Virus record (IMG/VR): IMGVR_UViG_3300028172_000069
DNA: 64,000 nt
Source of the DNA: a virus
Taxonomy: Duplodnaviria; Caudoviricetes
Direction: 5' to 3' (one strand)
A program made the position numbers and the translations under genes. The notes beneath the pieces were generated by a model, which was given only the letters and a program-made list of their open reading frames with translations, searched no databases and was not told where the DNA came from. This document shows, piece by piece, positions 28,400 through 35,918 of this stretch. Positions within the stretch are counted from its first letter, which is position 1. Each line of letters opens with the position of its first letter.

Positions 28400-28722
28400 A
28401 GTGTCCACTGTTTCCCGCACACCAGCACTGTCGCCCGAACAACACTGCGGTCTGCGGAGAGGCTGTAGACGTGCCTACTCAACGGGCCCTTCCCCCGTAC
28501 GCAACAACTGCCGAGCCGGAAAACCCTGGGCAGTTATCGGTAGTCTCCGCTTTCGCGGGCTCATGCTGGAGCTAGGCTCCGAATGGGTGCAGGCTCTTAC
28601 CCTGCTTGGTGTAGAGGCTCGGCGGCGCGGCGCTTGGGGAGGGCTGGCTTCAAGGAGCATGGCAGCTGGATGAGTGTCTACCAATGGTGCCTTACGGCTA
28701 CACGCATTACCTCTCACGAGGA
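28400..28722 (-). ncRNA. Putative structured ncRNA between tRNA and terminator
   Basis: Three GNRA hairpins on the minus strand, a 7-bp helix, no convincing ORF. Confidence 0.4.
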
Positions 28723-28729
28723 GAACAGT

Positions 28730-28803
28730 TGGGACGTCTGGGACTTGAACCCAGGACCACGCCGATTAACATTCCGGTGCTCTACCGACTGAGCTAACGT
28801 CCC
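28730..28803 (-). tRNA. Atypical tRNA-Asn(GTT) with tRNA-Lys-like body, no encoded CCA
   Basis: GGGACGT/ACGTCCC acceptor, D and T arms intact; anticodon arm CCGGA-ATGTTAA-TCGG is imperfect. Confidence 0.75.
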
Positions 28804-28804
28804 A

Positions 28805-29113
28805 TTAGTCTTTGAGTGCAACTCCGACACTCACTGCCAGACAGAACTTGCCATCGGGATTCGTGAAGAACGATCCGCCATAGGTGTAAGCCTGTCTGGT
28901 TTTGTTCTTGATCTTGCGCAAGTGATTCTTCATCAACTTGCGGATCGAGGAAAGAAGCAAGCGACGGTCGCTGGTGTCGTTGACCGCCAGCACTTCGTTG
29001 ACCGTGACATACTTGTCGCCGAGCTTCGGAACTTGACCCTGGTCCAAATGGACAATGTCCAATGAGCACGAGGTAAACAGCAGTTTGATTTCTTCCGCAG
29101 TCATCTGACTCAT
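28805..29113 (-). CDS. Hypothetical protein between tRNAs
   Basis: 102-aa ORF. Confidence 0.6.
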   Translation of the reverse strand: MSQMTAEEIKLLFTSCSLDIVHLDQGQVPKLGDKYVTVNEVLAVNDTSDRRLLLSSIRKLMKNHLRKIKNKTRQAYTYGGSFFTNPDGKFCLAVSVGVALKD

Positions 29114-29220
29114 GGATCAGTTTCCAAAGCAGCGTGTAGGCAGGGCCAGTAACCGGTAATACCGTCACTGCTCTGATGTACTAGCGAATAGCGTTCTATC
29201 AGAACTCTGGCCCACAAAAA

Positions 29221-29296
29221 TGGTAGGACGTCCGAGACTCGAACTCGGGACCCTCGGATTAAAAGTCCGGTGCTCTACCAACTGAGCTAACGTCCT
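29221..29296 (-). tRNA. tRNA-Lys(TTT)
   Basis: 76-nt cloverleaf, loop CTTTTAA, CCA encoded. Confidence 0.95.
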
Positions 29297-29478
29297 AGAA
29301 AACAATCCCGCTTGCACAGACGAGTGGGCTTCTGTACTTGTGAACAGAGTCAGGGCGGGTACCTGTGGTCATTGCCAATACAGCGCCGTCCACGAGTTTC
29401 AGGCCGCATCAACAATCTAACTCTGGTTCGCTACCTCGGGCACGGCCAGCTTTGCAGCGCCCACTGAGGTTTTGAATA

Positions 29479-29554
29479 TGGCTCCCGCTCCTGGACTCGA
29501 ACCAGGGACGCCACGGTTAACAGCCGTGTGCTCTACCGACTGAGCTAAGCGGGA
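29479..29554 (-). tRNA. tRNA-Asn(GTT)
   Basis: 76-nt canonical cloverleaf, CACGG-CTGTTAA-CCGTG, G73, CCA. Confidence 0.97.
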
Positions 29555-29728
29555 AGGGTAAAGTGTGCGGTTTCGTGCGCATCGCCAAGGATAAACGTGC
29601 AAATCGTATCTTGGCTAACAGGCACAGCTCGTTCAAATTGCGAAGCAGCCTCCGCGTACGGTCAGCGCTCTTTTACGTTTCCCAGTAATCCACCACAAGC
29701 TTGCTGGGTGTGCTCGCTTTGCAACGAA

Positions 29729-29944
29729 TCAGGCATTGCCGGTATACGCGACAAACACCTGCATGTTTTCTTTCACCTCGACAGGACTGCCTCGAGGTGT
29801 GAGGACACCACCGCCGTGACCTTTAACTGACCAGGTCACTGTGTACACCACGCTCGGGTCTCGACCGTCGAGTTTGACGGCTTCTTCGTAGCTGATGGTG
29901 CGGCAGACAAACTCATGCGGCTTTGCATTCACAAAAATTTGCAT
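29729..29944 (-). CDS. Stand-alone ubiquitin-like (multiubiquitin-type beta-grasp) protein
   Basis: IFVN.KPHE....ISYEE.VKL.....YTVTW....GGGVLTP.GS.VEVKENM.VFV matches the bacterial multi-Ubl pattern as recalled. Confidence 0.75.
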   Translation of the reverse strand: MQIFVNAKPHEFVCRTISYEEAVKLDGRDPSVVYTVTWSVKGHGGGVLTPRGSPVEVKENMQVFVAYTGNA

Positions 29945-29961
29945 GGCGGTGCTCTCGGATG

Positions 29962-30038
29962 TGGCGACTCCAACGGGACTCGAACCCGTGACCTCTGGCG
30001 TGACAGGCCAGCATTCTAACCGACTGAACTATGGAGCC
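29962..30038 (-). tRNA. tRNA-Asp(GTC) copy 2
   Basis: 77-nt cloverleaf, CTGTCAC loop, CCA. Confidence 0.97.
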
Positions 30039-30043
30039 GAAAG

Positions 30044-30120
30044 TGGCGACCCGGACGGGACTCGAACCCGTGACCTCTGGCGTGACAGGCCAGCATTCTA
30101 ACCGACTGAACTACCGGGTC
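30044..30120 (-). tRNA. tRNA-Asp(GTC) copy 1
   Basis: 77-nt cloverleaf, CTGTCAC loop, CCA. Confidence 0.97.
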
Positions 30121-30326
30121 TATGATCGTAGCTTGCTCAACAAATTAGCTATCTGCAATTTCGCGCTCGGCAGCATAAGGGCAATGCTGAGCCCGATAGG
30201 TGCGACGTGTGCGTACTTCACAAGTGTGTTGGTGAAATACAACGCAACACCGACTAGCACGTAGGCAGTCCAAACACACGCATCGTACCGCGTTTCGCAG
30301 AATGGCTTGAAGATTCGCTTGAGCAT
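30120..30326 (-). CDS. Small membrane protein
   Basis: 68 aa, two hydrophobic segments; stop codon overlaps the tRNA-Asp 5' G. Confidence 0.55.
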   Translation of the reverse strand: MLKRIFKPFCETRYDACVWTAYVLVGVALYFTNTLVKYAHVAPIGLSIALMLPSAKLQIANLLSKLRS

Positions 30327-30369
30327 GTGTATTACCAAAAGCAGAATTGTGTGGCTCTGCTTTACAGAA

Positions 30370-31161
30370 TTGGTGCCAGCAGGTAAACTTACCGCACGTA
30401 CTCGTTGCTGGGGCGGGCAACGTGGACCAGTGTGCGTACCAAGCAGCGTGGCATTACCTTATCGAACAGCTTGGGTGCCGTATTCCCAAACGCTCTATCT
30501 GACGTGCTGCATTTCATCGGCTCCGCGTAGGTACCAGACGAATGATTAGGTGCCTCAGACTCGTTACCGCGTCAGAACCAGAAGGAGATTAGAGTTCACC
30601 ATGTGCCAGGAGTTGAAATTGGGTAGCCCGGTCATTCGACCGTAGCATCTGTTCTCTATCCTGCGCGCAGCGGGCGATCCTGTAACGTCTCTTAAATTCT
30701 CAGTAAGAAGTCGAGCCTGAGGCGAAAAATGAAACCCACCTAGAAGATGGAAGGCTTATGCTAATGTCGCGGCGGAATTCCTGCTGTCACTACCCAAAGC
30801 TGAAGGGCTTGATCTGGCTGGCTCGAAGCTGCGTTGTGTTGGCTTTCTTTCCTTTACACTTCTAGGTGGGAGTGGTTGCGACTTCCGAAGAAGCCGAGCG
30901 AGCAACTGATTCCTGGGTTAGAGGCCCAACACCGCATCCAGTAATACAGAAGGCAACCGTGCGCTTGATAGGCGATCACTCTAGTCCCTTGTACGTTGCG
31001 CAGAGACAAACGCAACGGCACGCCAACGCAAGACTCACGCGGCCTATGCTCCGCAATTCATCCATTAACCACAGCAGGAAATTCCGTGGTGACGGTCCGG
31101 GAAATCGCCCCTTTGACCGCTGAACTCAGCCGCACAGCTTATCAGGCCGTTGGCTGTCGCA
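30370..31161 (-). ncRNA. Putative large structured ncRNA downstream of the hammerhead (3' boundary uncertain, 30370-30550)
   Basis: Long-range 15-bp and 12-bp helices, UUCG hairpin, no credible minus-strand ORF. Confidence 0.6.
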
Positions 31162-31223
31162 GACTCCGTAGAGTTTCGTGGGCCTTTCACCCATACACGG
31201 ACTTGAACCGTTCATCAGTGCGA
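31157..31223 (-). ncRNA. Type I hammerhead ribozyme with an inserted hairpin
   Basis: TCGCA-CTGATGA-[ACGG-TTCAAGT-CCGT]-G..stem II..C-GAAA-CTC-TACG-GAG-TC-TGCGA; full core plus stems I and III. Confidence 0.82.
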
Positions 31224-31239
31224 GTAATGAATTAGCATT

Positions 31240-31500
31240 TCGAGATTGGCCTGCACCGTACATCTGGCTTCGTGCAAGCCTCTCCTCGATTCAGCAACCG
31301 CAGCCAATGGCGGCGCCTTTGTGGTTTGTGCGGGATGGGATCGCTGGCCGGATCAGGTACCCATCCCTATCTACATCGCGCAGCCTGACTTCCGGCAGGC
31401 GATGGTTCTGTTTGTGGTTGCAGCGCTTCACCCGATTCCGGCGGGTGTTGCACTGTCTGGAGCCTGACGCTGCACAGGCTCAAAATGAAGATCAGCAAGG
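31240..31500 (-). ncRNA. Putative structured RNA (dense hairpin array)
   Basis: Four 6-8 bp GC-rich hairpins in 150 nt; non-coding. Confidence 0.45.
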
Positions 31501-31507
31501 TGTGTCC

Positions 31508-32008
31508 TTACGCAGGTTGTTCGACGTGCTCGGTGAGACGGCCGAATGCCAGTTTGTGAACAGCAAACAGTTCGGTACCGTCTGCACCGTTGAAGGCGCG
31601 CTTGACGCTGGCGTGCACCACGTTTGCCAGTTTGAGATACTTGACAGTTTCACCATCAGCTCCAAACTGACGCAGGATGATCGCGTCAAGCTTGGTGGTC
31701 TTGAAGGCTTCGATACCGTCGAGCACTTCCTGTTCGGCTGGAACGAAGTCGCTGAACGCAAACTCCGCAGCTTGCATCATTGCACCCGCAGCAGGATCAG
31801 ACGCAAAGACGAAATCTTGTTCGGTGATCTTCACAGTTCTCAGGTTCAGCTGGAGTGCCTGAATGGCATTCACCAGAACTGGCGCCACTTCCTGAGAACA
31901 GTCGATCCGCCACAGGTCAAAGTTGTCGTTCAATGCGATCTGTTTGATCGCGGTAACGTCATCCAAACTAACCTTGCCTGCAACGGTAAGCTGTACTGAA
32001 TCCGACAT
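31508..32008 (-). CDS. Hypothetical protein
   Basis: GGAG RBS before MSDSVQL; CTAATTCATT 20 nt upstream. Confidence 0.7.
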   Translation of the reverse strand: MSDSVQLTVAGKVSLDDVTAIKQIALNDNFDLWRIDCSQEVAPVLVNAIQALQLNLRTVKITEQDFVFASDPAAGAMMQAAEFAFSDFVPAEQEVLDGIEAFKTTKLDAIILRQFGADGETVKYLKLANVVHASVKRAFNGADGTELFAVHKLAFGRLTEHVEQPA

Positions 32009-32047
32009 AGCAATCTCCGTGCTTGTCAATGAATTAGCAATCGCGGT

Positions 32048-32713
32048 TTACACTTCCGCCTTGCGTGGAAGGATGATCCAGTCGTTGGCGGTCACGTCCG
32101 ACTGACTGGCAACCCAGGCAACGCAGTCACCCTGCGCCGTGTACATATCAATGTGGTCACGGTAGCTGATGACCTTGCCCTCTGGGAAGATGCTCGCCAA
32201 CGGCGCGCGGTTGACCGTGAAGGTCGACGCAGGCACGTAGTAGATGAACATATTCTTGCCGTTCCAGTTCTGGCGGCAGGCACGATAGCCAGCCTTGATC
32301 GCTTCGACAGCAGTGCCGAAAGACTGCGGCGCTTGGCTTTCAACCAGGGAATCGAAATCCTGAACTTCTGGGAAGCACGGGTGGTGATCGTCGGCGCGAC
32401 GGGCGAATGCGACCTTGAGCGTGATCGTGGTCTGCGGCACTGGCGGAACTTTGGTGAGCAACACCTGCGATACGTGACCTTCGAGGAAGTACACGGCAGT
32501 CGCATCACCCTTGAGTTCGCGCAGCTTGAGCTCCAGACGTGGAATCACCTCACGCACATCGTCAGTATCGACGGTGGCGGATACGTCGGTGTAGTCAACG
32601 ACGCGGGTGTTACCTGCGACGTCCATGTAGGTACCGTGATCGAGGCCGCGGATCACATGCAGACCCAGCGGCTTCAGGATGTTGAGCAACAAATCTTGTT
32701 CGAGCGGAATCAT
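32048..32713 (-). CDS. Two-domain protein with C-terminal Tad2-like (DUF2829) domain
   Basis: SFGTAVEAIKAG....R.NWNGKNMF...WVASQSDVTANDW. Confidence 0.82.
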   Translation of the reverse strand: MIPLEQDLLLNILKPLGLHVIRGLDHGTYMDVAGNTRVVDYTDVSATVDTDDVREVIPRLELKLRELKGDATAVYFLEGHVSQVLLTKVPPVPQTTITLKVAFARRADDHHPCFPEVQDFDSLVESQAPQSFGTAVEAIKAGYRACRQNWNGKNMFIYYVPASTFTVNRAPLASIFPEGKVISYRDHIDMYTAQGDCVAWVASQSDVTANDWIILPRKAEV

Positions 32714-32720
32714 GTTTGCC

Positions 32721-33374
32721 TCACAGTAGGTTGTCGAGTTCGTCACAGATGAAACGATCGCGGTGGAGCTCCATCGGGAAAGAGTCACGCACACACTTGA
32801 GTGCATACATTATCTTTTCCATGGTAGGTTCGGTAAGCAACTGAACCAGCATGACACGTGGCGCGAGCAGCGTCAGGTAGCTGCGCTTCCACGGCATTCT
32901 GCGCGCCATCACAACATCGCGGACGAGTTGTAGGTAGGAACCCCACTGCACCAGATCGTCATACAGTGCGCCAACGTTCAGAGCCTTCAACGTGCTCTGG
33001 TAGAGCTGGTAGCCACGATAGATGCGCCGCGCATTAGGATCGAGTCGATTCATCCGCAGGAACATCAGCGCCTCGGATGAATGCTCAGGCCTGAACAGCA
33101 TGAAGTGGCGGGCGTTGCAGACGTGCATGAACTGCCGGCGCTCAAAGAAGTCGCGGGTGTAGTCATGCGCCTCGATGAACAGGACTTCCGCGCTCGGGTC
33201 AACCCACGGGCTCAAGGCGTTTTCGAGATATGCCTCAGCGTTCCGACCTGCATCAGGCGGAGCACACGACACCGTCGCAGTTGATCGCAGGTAGTTGCCA
33301 AACTCCAGAGCGTTGAGTCCAACAACCATGAGCGGGCGATTGAGTTCTTCGACTCTGGCCAGTTGGAAGTTCAT
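32721..33374 (-). CDS. Hypothetical protein
   Basis: ATGA overlap; MNFQLARVEE. Confidence 0.65.
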   Translation of the reverse strand: MNFQLARVEELNRPLMVVGLNALEFGNYLRSTATVSCAPPDAGRNAEAYLENALSPWVDPSAEVLFIEAHDYTRDFFERRQFMHVCNARHFMLFRPEHSSEALMFLRMNRLDPNARRIYRGYQLYQSTLKALNVGALYDDLVQWGSYLQLVRDVVMARRMPWKRSYLTLLAPRVMLVQLLTEPTMEKIMYALKCVRDSFPMELHRDRFICDELDNLL

Positions 33375-33700
33375 ACGCCTTCCTCCGGCACCAACACCTG
33401 CATGTAATGCGTGCTGTGCTCCATGATGATCTGGCGAGCGTAGAAGTCGAACAGCCAAATGGCGTACCACCAAGTGACAGGCTCCTTGCTCAAGTCCATG
33501 AACTCGAGGTCGAAGAACTCACCGTTGGCAGGATCGAACGTACCGTCCTCGATCTGGTCGAACAGGACTTCGCACTTGGTTGCGTCAACAATGGCTTGCG
33601 CCACGTTCAGGTAAATCTCGTTGTACGCCTTCTGCCAGAGGTAGGCGAACAGGTAGTAGGCAACGAGCAGTCCACCGACAATCCAGATACTGTTCATCAT
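33371..33700 (-). CDS. Hypothetical protein with N-terminal membrane anchor
   Basis: 109 aa, hydrophobic N-terminus. Confidence 0.65.
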   Translation of the reverse strand: MMNSIWIVGGLLVAYYLFAYLWQKAYNEIYLNVAQAIVDATKCEVLFDQIEDGTFDPANGEFFDLEFMDLSKEPVTWWYAIWLFDFYARQIIMEHSTHYMQVLVPEEGV

Positions 33701-34515
33701 TCCACTCCATAGAATGCGTGGAGGATCCCCACCAGAGTCGTGAACACGTAGGTCAGTTCACGTTCCAGCAGGAGCTGTCGCAGATAGTGCTTCAGGTCAT
33801 CCGGCTCCGTGATCACGCGGTCCCAAATATCCGTCAGCAGGACATTGACGACGCTCGCTTCCACTTCAATGAACGGAGCCAGCGCGGCCTGTGAGCGTAG
33901 CACCAGCGAGTCGCTATCGCTGAACAGCAGGTTCTGGCGGATCAGTGCCGACTGCTTGATCGCTGCCCGGTACTCGGTGCGAGTGATAAACTCCACGCCA
34001 CCTGGCCGTTCATAGCACTGGGTCAACATCGACACGCCAGTAAGGGCAATGTAGATCACGTCCCGAATCACATGCACGCGAGCCTGCGACAGGTAGTCGA
34101 AGCCCAGCTCGTCGATCATCAGCTTGGACTTGATCTTCGGCCCCACAAGGTCCAGCGCGTAACGTGCGAGCTTCACGGAGGCGGCAAGCGCTTCCAAGTG
34201 CTCAGCGAGTTCGCGGCCTTCTTGAGTATCGACGACTGGCGTGTAGAGGTCATACTCTTGGCCGAAGCGCGGAATGTTGCGAGCCGCGAGCTTCATGCTT
34301 GGAGTTGAACAGCCTCCGTATTCCAGTAGCGCAACGGTGCTCCGCGTTGAAATCGGGAACAGCAAACCGACGGGCAAGCCGTTTGCATAGTGGACGCTGT
34401 GCGCTTGCGGGCATTTGTCCAACAGACTCCGCGGATCAGCGATTGCTTCCTCGCCTTGAGTGAGTTTCACCGCATCAACAATTGATTTCTCCGTGACACG
34501 TAGGTATAGTCCCAT
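33697..34515 (-). CDS. Hypothetical protein
   Basis: 272-aa ORF. Confidence 0.7.
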   Translation of the reverse strand: MGLYLRVTEKSIVDAVKLTQGEEAIADPRSLLDKCPQAHSVHYANGLPVGLLFPISTRSTVALLEYGGCSTPSMKLAARNIPRFGQEYDLYTPVVDTQEGRELAEHLEALAASVKLARYALDLVGPKIKSKLMIDELGFDYLSQARVHVIRDVIYIALTGVSMLTQCYERPGGVEFITRTEYRAAIKQSALIRQNLLFSDSDSLVLRSQAALAPFIEVEASVVNVLLTDIWDRVITEPDDLKHYLRQLLLERELTYVFTTLVGILHAFYGVE

Positions 34516-34639
34516 GTTCGAGTTATCCAGCTTTGTCGCATAGCGACGAGTTCTGATTTGTGCGAACTTTTCAGCCGCACGCCTTTTCGACCGCGGGCGA
34601 ATAGCTTCCTTGTTACCTCACCCTAGCGAGTAGGCTCCT

Positions 34640-35010
34640 GAAAGCCGAAGGCTAAAGAAAAGACCACGACCTCCGAGCGAAGCGAGAGGTCAAAGAAATC
34701 CCACCGACAGCTACCAGCTACCAGTTCTCTCAACCAATAGCTCTGGAACCTACGTTCCGACCTAAGCACTGAACAACTTTCAGAGGCGACCTGTTCACAA
34801 GGTGAATTCAGGAAGCAGACTTTGGCCTTTCGATTAACGCCGGAGCGTTACGTTAAAGCACTGGAGGCAGTGCCCTAACGTAAATCCCCGTTGGTGTGCG
34901 GTGCTCGAAAGAGCTGGTGTCTTTCGGTACACGCTTCCCTCACTTCGTTCGGTCTGTGCCTTCGGCACATGGACTTTTCTTTCTCTATCGCTTCGCTTCG
35001 CTCCGCTGGT
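34640..35010. repeat. Two opposite-strand clusters of GAA-triloop (GCGAAGC / GCCGAAGGC) elements
   Basis: See findings. Confidence 0.5.
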
Positions 35011-35418
35011 CCGTGCCTGAGTGTCACCCTGATGCGTCTTGGAAGACTTCCTGGGTAGGCGACGAATTACAGAGAAGCGCATTCTGAAAAGGCACCGTGT
35101 GTGCCGAAGGTGGAGAATGGAATGGTCAGATGAGGACGAACGGACGTGAGTGCGAAGATGCGAAGTAACTTCGTGAGTGTTGACAGTTCCTAAAACCAGC
35201 AAACTGAGGGGTCAGTGGTCATTTTTTGGACAATTTGGTTAAAAAATAACCGTCCGCTCTGGAAGCAGCGTGTGGACTGACTTCCAGCGTGGTCGAAGGC
35301 AAACAAAAACATGGTGAGAAACGACAGGTCCTCGTAGTCCTAGCGCAGCTACGCATACGCCTAGGAGGGTCACTTTGGAGCTTCAATGTTTTTCGTCCAA
35401 ACAACTGCACTTTTACAA

Positions 35419-35918
35419 CTGCAATCAGTAGTGCAGCCGCTTGGGTCGATTTGCTGTTTGGTCCATTCCTCGGCACCGCGGTTGCTCGGGGCGTGCACCA
35501 AATGCGAAAAGTTGGGTACTGCTGTAATCAGTAGTTTTGCTGTAATCAGTAGTGCAAACCGACGACTTTGCACGAGGCACTCATTTCCTGACGCTGGCGG
35601 TATGTCTGGCCTAGGCCTAGCGCGATTTCTCACTTTCCGAGGGGTCAAAAACGCTGTACAAAAATTGATCAAATCGCGAATTATATTTTCAAACGGGCGT
35701 TTGAACAGCCCTTCATACACACCAAAGCGAGGTCACTTTGCCAAGAAACGAACCTACACGCTAACCGCGGTCCTCTGTGGCATGGTACAGCGCGATTCCT
35801 CAGGACCGCACTTTTGAGGACGATCCTGAGAAACGCACGAAAGGTCGCGTGGAACTAGCGTATCCTGACGAAACAAGCACCGACGGGATTTTTCGATTTT
35901 AGCTGCAATCAGTCGTGC
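35419..35918 (+). repeat. Four copies of CTG(C/T)AATCAGT(A/C)GT in the 1.4-kb non-coding region
   Basis: Copies start at 35419, 35522, 35540, 35903. Confidence 0.8.

Noticed and set aside
28700-28729. TTC-TCCTCGT-GAG just 3' of the CCA-less tRNA, resembling the P3/L3 of an HDV-like (theta) ribozyme
   Set aside because: Only ~4 nt separate it from the tRNA, leaving no room for P1/P2, and no complementary P1 strand or J4/2 was found.
29420-29465. Nested pairings (CGCTG/TAGCG, CTGG/CCAG) resembling an HDV-like pseudoknot after tRNA-Asn
   Set aside because: No P4/P1.1 and no catalytic C in the expected position.
30370-30870. tmRNA interpretation of the large RNA (ends ...GGCACCA)
   Set aside because: No T-arm before the ACCA, the acceptor-like pairing is poor and no tag frame was recognised; left as an unassigned ncRNA.
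34834-35202. 122-aa minus ORF and other short ORFs in 34516-35950
   Set aside because: No RBS, atypical codon usage, overlapping repeats and hairpins; likely spurious.
35820-35875. CTGAGAA / CTGACGAAAC hammerhead-like words
   Set aside because: No stem II between the core halves and no stems I/III.
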